Positions 1 through 8,546 of a DNA stretch of 64,000 nt are shown here, piece by piece. The DNA comes from a phage: sequence record NC_103192.1; one strand, 5' to 3'. Both the position numbers and the translations under genes were made by a program. The notes beneath the pieces are model-generated. The model was not told the origin of the DNA. It saw nothing but the letters and a program-made list of their open reading frames with translations, and made no database searches. Each line of letters opens with the position of its first letter. Position 1 is the first letter of the stretch.

Positions 1-786
1 TTGAGAGACAACCCAGAATACCTTGCTTTCCTTGAAGGTCTGCCAGAACTGGAAAAAGCTCAGCTTCTTCATGGCAACTGGTTTGCCAAACCTGAGGGTG
101 CGAACTATTTCCAAAGATCTTTCCTTCGTGATGCCGATAGAGTGCCCCTTGGATCAGTATCTTGCAGGGCATGGGATAAGGCAGGAACAGAGAGAACTTC
201 CGGTAATAAATTTCCTGACTTTACCGCCAGTGTTAAGGTAAGTAAAGATAGCGACGGTTTTTATTACCTGTCCGGGGATTATTGTCCTGAGAACGTGGAT
301 GACGGTAGGTATTCCACAGGTCTGGAAGGCAAGTTCTGTAAAAAGGCTGGGGAACGAGATGTGATCATCAGGAAACAGGCGCAGTTTGATGGAGATGATT
401 GCATAATCGTATTCTCTGTGGACCCTGGTCAGGCAGGTAAGAGTGAGTTCTTAACCTCCTCCAGATCCTTACTCGCCGAAGGGTTCAGGGTTGAAGAAGA
501 CCCAATGCCTTCCAACAAATCTAAACTGACAAGGTTCTCACCTTTTGCCAATCTTGCACAACAAGGAATGGTGAGGATTGTAAAATCCAGTTTCCATCCT
601 GATACTCTGGAAGCATTTCTGACTGAACTTGAAAAATTCAACGGGGAAAGATCAACATTTAGCAGAAAAGACGACTGGGCAGACTGTGTAGCTTCTGCGA
701 TTAATTTTCTGGAGAAAGAGGAGGTAGCACTTCCTTGTGTGATTCCATCAATCTCATCACCTTCTATGTTCAAGCGTTTTATCTAA
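1..786 (+). CDS. terminase large subunit, C-terminal nuclease part (5' end outside window)
   Basis: ORF open from base 1; acidic Asp motifs (WDKAG..., SVDPGQAG, KDDWADCVASAI) resemble the RNaseH-like terminase nuclease domain; sits immediately upstream of the portal-sized gene. Confidence 0.6.
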   Translation: MRDNPEYLAFLEGLPELEKAQLLHGNWFAKPEGANYFQRSFLRDADRVPLGSVSCRAWDKAGTERTSGNKFPDFTASVKVSKDSDGFYYLSGDYCPENVDDGRYSTGLEGKFCKKAGERDVIIRKQAQFDGDDCIIVFSVDPGQAGKSEFLTSSRSLLAEGFRVEEDPMPSNKSKLTRFSPFANLAQQGMVRIVKSSFHPDTLEAFLTELEKFNGERSTFSRKDDWADCVASAINFLEKEEVALPCVIPSISSPSMFKRFI

Positions 787-789
787 GTG

Positions 790-818
790 TTGCCAATCTT
801 AATTAGATGTGGTAGAAT
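790..818 (+). promoter_or_regulatory. sigma70-like promoter TTGCCA-17-TGgTAGAAT
   Basis: -35 at 790-795, extended -10 at 810-818, 17-nt spacer, read directly from sequence. Confidence 0.45.
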
Positions 819-837
819 AGAGTAATCGGAGATACTA

Positions 838-866
838 GCCCTCTAACACGAGGGCTATTTTGTTAT
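838..866 (+). terminator. stem-loop AGCCCTC/GAGGGCT followed by AUUUUGUU in the portal 5' leader
   Basis: 7-bp inverted repeat 838-857 with U-rich tail; lies downstream of the predicted promoter and upstream of the portal RBS. Confidence 0.35.
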
Positions 867-888
867 ACTGTTTTGAGGGGTAAAGCTT

Positions 889-2445
889 GTGTCCAAAAAG
901 AACCGCAGGAAACACAACGCCACAGCCAAAACTGTGAATAAATCTGGGAACGCAGGCGCACCAACTCATAATGTTCGTATGAGTGAGATCGGTTCTGGCG
1001 CACTTTCCCAAATTATGGCAGAATCGCAATCTATGATGGTTGAGGAATTGCGTTGGCCTCAGCTGATTGCTACAGTGGAGACTATGAAATGTGATTCCAC
1101 AGTTGCTACTGCCTTAGATACAAAATATGTTTTCATCACGAAAGCATTCAATGATTTTAAGATCCTTTATAATGTTAAAAGTGAAGACTCTAAGAAAGCT
1201 GCAGAGCTTATAGAGTATTCTTTGCGTAATTTGGCAAACCAACAAACTCTTCGAGATATTGCAAGAAGCGCAGCTACCTTTAACGAGTATGGTTTTTCAC
1301 TGTTTGAGAAAGTATACCGCAGAGAGAAAGAAGGTAAATACGCCGGGATGCTTCTTATTGATAAAATTGCATTCCGACCTCAGGCCAGTTTGTCCAGATC
1401 AGAGCCGTTTGTCTTTGACAAGAACAGTAGAACACTGACAGGTATTTATCAGTCACCTAATGCATTTCTAAACACTCAGAATGCACGCTGGGCTGGACCT
1501 CTTGCCGCAATGCCTTCAAAAGGCTTTAATGAGCCTGAAATTTTCATCCCTGCTAAAAAGCTTATGCTCATGACCCTGTCAGGAACAGAATCTAACCCTG
1601 CAGGTGTGTCACCTATGATAGGTTGCTACAGATCTTTCCGTGAGAAAGTTCTGATTGAAAACCTTGAGGTTGTTGGCTGTTCCAAAGACCTTGGTGGTGT
1701 GCTTGAGCTGAAAATTCCTTCCAATATTTTGAACAAGGCCAGCATTGACCCGAATTCAATGGAAGGGAGAATGGTTGCAGACCTTATGCTTGACGCAGCA
1801 AACGCCCATAGTGGTGAGCAAAGTTTCTTTATACTTCCGTCTGATAGAGATAAGTCTGGTAAAGAGCTTTACTCCATGACCCTGAAGGGGGTTGACGGTA
1901 TGGGTAAGCAGTATTCCACTAAAGATTTGATTGATGCCCGTAAGAAGGCGATTCTTGACCGTTTCGGTGCTGGCTTTATTAACCTTGGTAACGATAACGT
2001 TGGATCCTTCTCTCTGTCTGAGTCAAAACAATCTATCCATGGTCATTTTGTTCAGCGTGATATAGATATTATCACTGAGGCCTTCAATAAAGATCTTATT
2101 CCACAGCTTCTGGCATTGAATGGTATCATCCTTGAAGATGATGATATGCCTAAACTGAAACCTGGTCTGATTGAAGAAGTGGACATGGAGAGCTTCTCCA
2201 AGTTTGTCCAGAGGATCGGTGCTGTAGGTTACTTGCCAAAAACTCCTGCAGTAATTAATAAGATTCTTGAAGTAGGCGGGTTTGATGAAAGATTTGACGA
2301 AGACATGGATCAGGAAGATCTGATGAAGCTCTTGGGCCAGGACATCAGTAGGGCTGGTGATGGAATGGCTGCAGGATCCACTGGTAACGGCACTTCTAAG
2401 ATGTCATCAACCAGAGATAATTCCATATCCAACATGGAAAATTAA
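889..2445 (+). CDS. portal protein
   Basis: 518 aa, GTG start with GAGGGG RBS; size and position between terminase and scaffold/capsid genes; acidic C-terminus. Confidence 0.6.
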   Translation: MSKKNRRKHNATAKTVNKSGNAGAPTHNVRMSEIGSGALSQIMAESQSMMVEELRWPQLIATVETMKCDSTVATALDTKYVFITKAFNDFKILYNVKSEDSKKAAELIEYSLRNLANQQTLRDIARSAATFNEYGFSLFEKVYRREKEGKYAGMLLIDKIAFRPQASLSRSEPFVFDKNSRTLTGIYQSPNAFLNTQNARWAGPLAAMPSKGFNEPEIFIPAKKLMLMTLSGTESNPAGVSPMIGCYRSFREKVLIENLEVVGCSKDLGGVLELKIPSNILNKASIDPNSMEGRMVADLMLDAANAHSGEQSFFILPSDRDKSGKELYSMTLKGVDGMGKQYSTKDLIDARKKAILDRFGAGFINLGNDNVGSFSLSESKQSIHGHFVQRDIDIITEAFNKDLIPQLLALNGIILEDDDMPKLKPGLIEEVDMESFSKFVQRIGAVGYLPKTPAVINKILEVGGFDERFDEDMDQEDLMKLLGQDISRAGDGMAAGSTGNGTSKMSSTRDNSISNMEN

Positions 2446-2512
2446 AAATTATCAACACAGGGGGTTGCAAAACCTCCTTTGGCGTGATAAAATAATCCAC
2501 ATGGGGAATAAG

Positions 2513-2932
2513 ATGCCACAGGAAGAAATGATTTCCTACGAAATCATCTACGAGCCTGACACTAAAGATGCTCACGGTGAGTGGATGAGTAAAGACACCA
2601 TCAAAAAGGCTAAAGATAACTGGGACGCAGCATACGCCGCAGGCCTAGTTTCTGAAAACCTTTTCCACTTGACCTCTACAGATGCTTTCACCATTGAAAA
2701 GACGTGGATTCAAGAAGAGTTTGATGTTGTAGTAATTGGTACTGAGCAGGTCATCAAGGCTGGCTCTTGGGTTGCTAAAGTTAAATATAACAATCCTGAA
2801 TTATGGGAAGCTAAGAAGGCTGGCATTGTTGGTGGACTAAGCATTCAGGCAACTGGTAATGTTGATGAAGAAACTGGAGAGATCACCAACGTAAACTTCG
2901 GGATCAGTGTTGTAGAAGAGGGCAATGAGTAA
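2513..2932 (+). CDS. XkdF-like protein (putative prohead protease or scaffold-associated)
   Basis: motif YEIIYEPDTKDAHGEWMSKDTIKKA resembles the XkdF/DUF2213 phage family; start uncertain (ATG at 2501, 2513 or 2528); stop overlaps next ATG (TAATG). Confidence 0.35.
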   Translation: MPQEEMISYEIIYEPDTKDAHGEWMSKDTIKKAKDNWDAAYAAGLVSENLFHLTSTDAFTIEKTWIQEEFDVVVIGTEQVIKAGSWVAKVKYNNPELWEAKKAGIVGGLSIQATGNVDEETGEITNVNFGISVVEEGNE

Positions 2933-3912
2933 TGTCTGAAAAAACAATCACTATTAAAGAGAAAGGGATTGCCCTGTGCCATAAGGCGCAAGGCTATAGC
3001 GCTAACAATCGGCCTGTATCTCTTTTAATGAAGAGCGATCTTAAGCCTGAGCAGTTAACAGACGATATTGTTAAGGCACTTCGCCAAGTTACTGTGGAGC
3101 TCAGTTTTGAAGAATACCTGCGTCGTTTTTTCGATATGTGGTATGACGATGCTAAGGCACTGGCTCACCTGCTTGGGTTCGAGATTGAGGAAGAAGCTTG
3201 GGCAAAAGAACACCCAGATTGGGAGTGGGCACAGGCTGATGCAGAGGCTTGTGTGCAGTGGTTAGAAGAACGTTGTGATAACGTAACCATTCACAAAGCT
3301 GCTAAAGAAGGTAAAGATTTAAGTATTGTTGACCAATACACTCTGCTGAAAACCCAACAAGTTTTTGAGCAGATGACCGCTGATCTCTTCGATGAAGAAG
3401 GGAAACTTATTAAAGCGGCACAGGAAACCACAGAAGAAGTTGTTACAGACGCTGTGGACAATGTTGATAAATCCGCAAATACCGAGGAGAATCCGGTGGA
3501 AGACGTAACCAAGTCTCAAGAGTACCTGGACCTGCTGAAACAGTTCGAAGAACTGAAGGCTACCAATGAAAAAGCTGAAGAAATCATCAAGGCTCAGGTA
3601 GAAGTTGAAAAAGCTAAAATGCTGGAAAAAGCTCAAGCGTTAAGCTTCGCTACTGAAGAAGATCACACAACTCTGGTCGAATTCATGCTGGACAAAGCTA
3701 ATGCTTCTGTTGTTGCATTGCTGGAAAAAGCCCAAGCTCGTATTGCTGAACTGGAAGCTGAAGTTGAAAAAGCTAAAGATGAGTTCGCAACTACCGAGCA
3801 AGGCAAAGATGGTGATGTCGTAGTAGATGACATTGCTAAATCTGCTGAAGATATTATTGCTGAAAACGTCGCTAAAGCTCTGGCTCGTGCACGTAAAGAA
3901 TCTAATAAATAA
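2932..3912 (+). CDS. scaffolding protein
   Basis: 326 aa, highly acidic, long Glu/Lys/Ala coiled-coil stretches (AEEIIKAQVEVEKAKMLEKAQ...), located between portal and capsid genes. Confidence 0.55.
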   Translation: MSEKTITIKEKGIALCHKAQGYSANNRPVSLLMKSDLKPEQLTDDIVKALRQVTVELSFEEYLRRFFDMWYDDAKALAHLLGFEIEEEAWAKEHPDWEWAQADAEACVQWLEERCDNVTIHKAAKEGKDLSIVDQYTLLKTQQVFEQMTADLFDEEGKLIKAAQETTEEVVTDAVDNVDKSANTEENPVEDVTKSQEYLDLLKQFEELKATNEKAEEIIKAQVEVEKAKMLEKAQALSFATEEDHTTLVEFMLDKANASVVALLEKAQARIAELEAEVEKAKDEFATTEQGKDGDVVVDDIAKSAEDIIAENVAKALARARKESNK

Positions 3913-3933
3913 TCTGCTTAATAGGGGAAAATA

Positions 3934-4308
3934 ATGATCACCACTCAATATTCTGATATCGTGCTCGGCAAAGTAGATGCAAGCGATGCAGGTTTCAACT
4001 TTAAAGAGATTGAAATTACCCTTACTGCTGATCACGTTGCTGGCGCAGTAGTTACCAAAACTGGCACTCTGGCTAATCAAGATGGCACAGATACCTTTGG
4101 TGTACTGGTTGACCGCGCTCTTCTGCCTGACGATTCTGGTAAAGTTAATCTGGCAGAGCCTCTGAAAGTTGGCGAGAAGTATAAACTGGTTGTTGCTGTT
4201 CGTGGCGTTACTTTCGCTAAAAAACATCTTAAAGTGGCTGGCGGCACGGCTGCACCTGCTGCAGTTCTGGAAGCTCTCGAAGCCAAAGGCAACAAAGTTC
4301 AGGAATAA
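3934..4308 (+). CDS. head decoration-like protein
   Basis: 124 aa, Gly/Ala/Val-rich small protein immediately upstream of the major capsid gene, lambda gpD-like position. Confidence 0.4.
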   Translation: MITTQYSDIVLGKVDASDAGFNFKEIEITLTADHVAGAVVTKTGTLANQDGTDTFGVLVDRALLPDDSGKVNLAEPLKVGEKYKLVVAVRGVTFAKKHLKVAGGTAAPAAVLEALEAKGNKVQE

Positions 4309-4354
4309 TCCTAGATCTTTGGGAAACAAATTTTAAAGTTATTTGGAGAAAATA

Positions 4355-5356
4355 ATGCGTAAAGATGATTTTGGTATTGTTGATTTAGGTGCTACTCTTG
4401 AACTGGTTCCGCGCCAATATCGCCTGATCACTGGTATGGATCTGTTTGAAACCCATCTCGGCACCTCAACAATCGCACAGATCGAACGTGTTGATGAAGT
4501 GGTTGGTGATATCGCCGCTCGCCGTCGTGGTGGTGAACGTAACTACGTTGATAGTGAACGTGCACAGATCAAAAACCTGAACATCCCGTTCTTCCCGCTG
4601 GATAAGGGCATTACTGCTGCGGACGTTCAGAACTTTCGTCGCTACTTCACCCCAGATGCACCGAAAACTGTGCAAGACGTGGTTACTCGTGTAGTTCGTC
4701 GTATTCGTCTGAGCCACGAAACCCTGCGTGAAAAAGCTCTTTTTTCTGCAATTCTGGGTAAATCCTATGCACCTGGTGACAAAACTTGCCAGTATGACTA
4801 TTACAAACTGTGGGGCGTTTCCCAGAAATCTATCGAAATCGATCCTAAAAATGCAGCACAGGACCCGATGGAAGTAATCGAAGATGCACGTCTGCACATT
4901 GCTCTGCAGGCTGGCGACAACGCTGGTGCTTACAACATCATCGCGCTGTGCTCTCCGAAATTCTTCTCTGCACTGGTTCATCATCCGCTGGTAGAGCTGG
5001 CTTACACCTACTACAGCTCTTCTCAGGAACCGCTGCGTCGTCGTCTGGGTGCAGGTGGCGAACAGAGCATTTACCGTGTGTTCGAACACAAAGGCATGAC
5101 CTTCATCGAAGACATCTCTGGTAACATTCCGGACGGTGAGGCTCGCCTGATGCCTATGGGTATCGATCAGATGTTCCAGCTGCACTTTGCTCCAGCTGAC
5201 ACTGTGGAAGATGCAAATACCCCAGCACAAGAACTGTATATGTGGTATAAACACTCTGCCTACCTGAGAGAACAGAAAATCGAATCTGAAACCTCTATGC
5301 TGGCAGTTAACACCCGTCCAGAGCTGGTTGTTAAAGCAACTCTGAAAAGTGAATAA
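4355..5356 (+). CDS. major capsid protein
   Basis: about 333 aa, ATG 4355 with GGAGA RBS (ORF track start 4343 is TTG); strongly biased codon usage; followed by the strongest intrinsic terminator in the window. Confidence 0.7.
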   Translation: MRKDDFGIVDLGATLELVPRQYRLITGMDLFETHLGTSTIAQIERVDEVVGDIAARRRGGERNYVDSERAQIKNLNIPFFPLDKGITAADVQNFRRYFTPDAPKTVQDVVTRVVRRIRLSHETLREKALFSAILGKSYAPGDKTCQYDYYKLWGVSQKSIEIDPKNAAQDPMEVIEDARLHIALQAGDNAGAYNIIALCSPKFFSALVHHPLVELAYTYYSSSQEPLRRRLGAGGEQSIYRVFEHKGMTFIEDISGNIPDGEARLMPMGIDQMFQLHFAPADTVEDANTPAQELYMWYKHSAYLREQKIESETSMLAVNTRPELVVKATLKSE

Positions 5357-5380
5357 TCACTACGGTGATTCATCCCATAT

Positions 5381-5413
5381 GGGGAGGGGGTTCTCCCCCT
5401 CCCCTTTTTATTT
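5381..5413 (+). terminator. rho-independent terminator
   Basis: perfect 10-bp stem GGGGAGGGGG/CCCCCTCCCC, loop TTCT, then TTTTTATTTATT. Confidence 0.8.
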
Positions 5414-5437
5414 ATTAGGGTTTAACAGGAGTGTCCC

Positions 5438-6286
5438 GTGAAGCGAACCGTCTACCCAGTTGAGTATGATCCTCTATTAAGAGTTTTCAACAATCAGTTA
5501 AGTTTTTATCAATTTTTAGCACAATATAACCCAGAAATCAATGTTGGCTTATCAGCCCTGCTGCCACCAACAGAATTCGTTATCGGCAGTGTTCACTATC
5601 CGTGCAGAACGATTGTAGACTTCTTCGAGAAGATTGCAAAACATACAGGCCTGCCAATTGATACTGGTATTTCAACTATCCGTATGGGTGTTATTCTTCT
5701 GTTCTTCACAGAGAACCTTGATGAAAGCACTTTAACACTGCAAAGCGGGGATGTCAATATTACACTCACCCCGTCAGTGTTTAAAGAGGTAGACGCTGCT
5801 TTCCAAGTTTCCGTGGCAGAGGGCCATCTATGGGACCCTGTAGGGATGCCTAAAAAAGTGACCATAAACGATGAGCAATGCAACATTGTTTATGAAGAAG
5901 ATACCCAAACTTTCACCATTGAGTGGCCTAAGAAACGTTCTCAGGTTGTGAATCTTGGGCTGACCTCTACGGTAGCTCCACCGCCTGAACCAGAGCCGGA
6001 GCCGCCTGTAGGTCCTACTGAACCTGGTGGTGGCGGTGAGGAATCCCAAGGCCCGACTGTACCTGAGGAAGGCACTGAGCAGGATCCTGAACAGGCACAA
6101 GAATCAAGATCTTCTCACGGCGATGTTGATGCCATACTGCAGCAAGCCGCAGCTCTTAACAACGAAGATGACAAGAGTGGTTCGAAAGATGCACTCCAAA
6201 CCTTCGCTAAAGAGCACGGTGTTACCTTAAGTAAGGCAAAAACTTTCCAAAATATGATGAAAGATTTTGAGGCTGCACTGGCATAA
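5438..6286 (+). CDS. hypothetical virion protein with Pro/Glu-rich linker
   Basis: 282 aa, GTG start with AGGAG RBS; low-complexity PPPEPEPEPPVGPTEPGGGGEE segment. Confidence 0.45.
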   Translation: MKRTVYPVEYDPLLRVFNNQLSFYQFLAQYNPEINVGLSALLPPTEFVIGSVHYPCRTIVDFFEKIAKHTGLPIDTGISTIRMGVILLFFTENLDESTLTLQSGDVNITLTPSVFKEVDAAFQVSVAEGHLWDPVGMPKKVTINDEQCNIVYEEDTQTFTIEWPKKRSQVVNLGLTSTVAPPPEPEPEPPVGPTEPGGGGEESQGPTVPEEGTEQDPEQAQESRSSHGDVDAILQQAAALNNEDDKSGSKDALQTFAKEHGVTLSKAKTFQNMMKDFEAALA

Positions 6287-6345
6287 TTTTGTTAAGGCCC
6301 CTTCCAAATCAGGAATGGGGCTTTATTTTTACGAGGTATTTTCAA

Positions 6346-6966
6346 ATGGCATGGTATGAAGATGAAGAGATTATCCCGTCACCGCCTAACCATGATGGTG
6401 TAGTCGATACCCCAGAAGAACCCCCAAAAGAAGATCCTGTGCCTCCGGAACCTGATCCAGACCAACCTCTTATTGACATTATGAGGTTATTGCTTGGCAA
6501 TGTTGATGAGGAAACACTCCCTGATGAGGTAATTAAAACATTCCTTGACATGGAGAAGCTGAAACTGAACTATCCGGCGGACCCTGATAAGCTACCCCTG
6601 CTTAAGTACAATGTGCTTGTGCAGCTTGTGCGGTGGCTGATGATGCAGGAAGTGTCCAGTGGTAATGCAAGTATAACTTCCCGTCTGGAAAAAATAGGTG
6701 ATGAGACCATAGAGATTCGTGGTGGATCTACCTACTCCCAATGGAAGGATTTCCTTGATTGGCTGCTGGCACACCCAGACTATGTAGATTCTGAGCTAGA
6801 TGCTTACAGCAGAATGATTATCATTGGTGGTGTTCGTGTAGACGAAGGGATTCGGGTTAAATTTAATAAAAACAGCAACGGACCGTTCGATGTCCAGGGG
6901 ATTACACCTATCAGTGGTCTAAATAACCAACCTCCTCGACACCCAAGACGCAAACGCAGTTTTTAA
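6346..6966 (+). CDS. putative head-tail connector / head completion protein
   Basis: ATG 6346 with GAGG RBS (track start 6289 is TTG inside a hairpin); position after capsid genes; acidic Pro-rich N-terminus. Confidence 0.4.
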   Translation: MAWYEDEEIIPSPPNHDGVVDTPEEPPKEDPVPPEPDPDQPLIDIMRLLLGNVDEETLPDEVIKTFLDMEKLKLNYPADPDKLPLLKYNVLVQLVRWLMMQEVSSGNASITSRLEKIGDETIEIRGGSTYSQWKDFLDWLLAHPDYVDSELDAYSRMIIIGGVRVDEGIRVKFNKNSNGPFDVQGITPISGLNNQPPRHPRRKRSF

Positions 6967-6972
6967 AAATTG

Positions 6973-7001
6973 TTGCTTTTGATGTATCTTTGTGGTAAAA
7001 T
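6973..7001 (+). promoter_or_regulatory. promoter TTGCTT-17-TGgTAAAAT
   Basis: -35 at 6973-6978, extended -10 at 6993-7001. Confidence 0.5.
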
Positions 7002-7019
7002 ACATTAGTGAGGGATATA

Positions 7020-7478
7020 ATGCTAAAGGTTAAATGTCAAACAAGGTTCAACCTAAAGCGTTTAGATCGCTTCTACAAAGAACTTGTGAGACTTGAAAGT
7101 AAAATAATAACCTACGGCTTTTATGATGAACCTCACCCGTCAGGCTTAAATATGGCAACATTGGCAGCTATTCACAACTTCGGTTGGAACGGGCTGCCTG
7201 TTCGCAATTTCATGGAGACGGCCTTTGCATTTCACAGCACGCAACTACAGACCTTGACAGAAAAATTGTTGAGAGCTATGGCTAGAGGATCAAGTGCAGA
7301 GGCTGTTCTTAGGCAGATGGGGGACACAGGGGCCAAAGCTATCCAGTTTGTTATTGAGGCTGGTCAGTTTAGTAACCCTACTGTTAGTGAGCAGTGGGCA
7401 CAAGAGAAGGGCTTCAACGAGGCTATGCGGCATTACGATGTGCTGCTTGAATCTGCAACCTTTAAAATTGGACAGTAA
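7020..7478 (+). CDS. putative neck / head-closure protein
   Basis: ATG 7020 with GAGGG RBS; synteny only. Confidence 0.35.
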   Translation: MLKVKCQTRFNLKRLDRFYKELVRLESKIITYGFYDEPHPSGLNMATLAAIHNFGWNGLPVRNFMETAFAFHSTQLQTLTEKLLRAMARGSSAEAVLRQMGDTGAKAIQFVIEAGQFSNPTVSEQWAQEKGFNEAMRHYDVLLESATFKIGQ

Positions 7479-7497
7479 AAAATAAGGGGGTGGTTGA

Positions 7498-7923
7498 GTG
7501 GCAGCAGGTTATAAGCTGATAGGAAAGAACAGGCTAATACCTCGTAAAACATTCAAAGGTCGCCACAGAGTGTATAACAAAACAGTTGGCAGTCCTTTTG
7601 CTAACGAGGGGTTAGAACTTGAGTATGAAGAGTTTGATGTCTTAGAGTGTGTTGTGCAGCCGTTGACAGGAAGAGCAGCTAAAGATTACTCCTCCCAGAT
7701 AAATCCTGAGGGTGACAGACAGTACGAGGCTTTTACAGTTTACTCCTCAACCAAGTTGTATAGTCCGGACGAAGGAACATATGCAATGGCTGACCAAATT
7801 CAGCTGCCTGACATCCGTGGTGACTTGAAATGGTTTACCGTTTTAAAATGCGATGCATATGTTACCTCTGGTGGTGGGAGATATAGATTTTTTGTGGTAG
7901 AAGAGCCTGAAGGAGAAAACTGA
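7498..7923 (+). CDS. putative tail completion / neck protein
   Basis: 141 aa, GTG start with AAGGGGG RBS; synteny only. Confidence 0.35.
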   Translation: MAAGYKLIGKNRLIPRKTFKGRHRVYNKTVGSPFANEGLELEYEEFDVLECVVQPLTGRAAKDYSSQINPEGDRQYEAFTVYSSTKLYSPDEGTYAMADQIQLPDIRGDLKWFTVLKCDAYVTSGGGRYRFFVVEEPEGEN

Positions 7924-8474
7924 TGGAAGCTTTCGAAAAAGTTTTTTCTGATCTTGAAACAACCATTGCTAAGCTCGTCAAGGTTGCCACAGGAAGAACT
8001 GTAGTTCTGGCAGAAAGCTCTACCATACCGAAGCCGGAAGGTGAGTTTGTACTTTTACAAACCTTGGCGATCAATCCCACCACTTGGGAAGATAATGAGT
8101 TTCAAGATGCGGAGGGTAATGCTTACGTCACCCACAGCTACACTGTTACCTATCTGCTAACAGCCTATCGTGGCAGGGCATATGCTGCACTTAGCAGAGT
8201 ATTGCAAGCAATAAACCTTCCAATGTTTTATGATAAGTATTTCCCTCTGGGATCGTGCTTTGCCTACTCTAACAATTCAACAATCTCACCTCAAAGAGTG
8301 CCGTTGAATAAGCAGACGTATGAAAATAGAGCCACTGTGATGCTGACATTTAACGTAAGGTTTGTTGAAACAGACATTGGGGCTTTTGAGGATCTTGAGG
8401 GAATTAAGGCTGAAATAACCACACACTTCCCTTCACCCAATTCTGGTAAAGCGGTTACAGACAGTGGTCAGTAA
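7923..8474 (+). CDS. putative tail completion / sheath-stabilising protein
   Basis: 183 aa, ATG overlaps previous stop (TGATG), AAGGAG RBS; synteny only. Confidence 0.35.
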   Translation: MEAFEKVFSDLETTIAKLVKVATGRTVVLAESSTIPKPEGEFVLLQTLAINPTTWEDNEFQDAEGNAYVTHSYTVTYLLTAYRGRAYAALSRVLQAINLPMFYDKYFPLGSCFAYSNNSTISPQRVPLNKQTYENRATVMLTFNVRFVETDIGAFEDLEGIKAEITTHFPSPNSGKAVTDSGQ

Positions 8475-8484
8475 TCGTTATAAT
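8455..8484 (+). promoter_or_regulatory. candidate promoter TTACAG-18-TATAAT
   Basis: consensus -10 TATAAT at 8479-8484; weak -35. Confidence 0.35.
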
Positions 8485-8489
8485 TGTGT

Positions 8490-8506
8490 AGTGTAATGAT
8501 TACACT
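8490..8506 (+). promoter_or_regulatory. 17-bp palindrome AGTGTAAT-G-ATTACACT (candidate operator)
   Basis: perfect 8-bp inverted arms around one central base, starting 6 nt after the TATAAT. Confidence 0.3.
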
Positions 8507-8546
8507 GCGTGTTTGATATCCGTGCACAGATATTAAGAGGAAACAA

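Noticed and set aside
2357-2512. Extended 5' end of the XkdF-like ORF overlapping the portal 3' end
   Set aside because: Would overlap the portal by about 90 nt with no RBS; internal ATGs downstream of the portal stop fit better.
3640-4329. 229-aa minus-strand ORF antisense to the scaffold and decoration genes
   Set aside because: Lies entirely opposite well-supported plus-strand genes, has a low-complexity Phe/Ser/Asn-rich translation and no RBS.
4466-5254. 262-aa minus-strand ORF antisense to the major capsid gene
   Set aside because: Antisense to the most strongly codon-biased gene in the window; likely an artefact of that bias.
6289-6345. TTG-initiated extension of the head-tail connector ORF
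   Set aside because: Extension has no RBS and covers a terminator-like hairpin (6293-6330); ATG at 6346 has a GAGG RBS.
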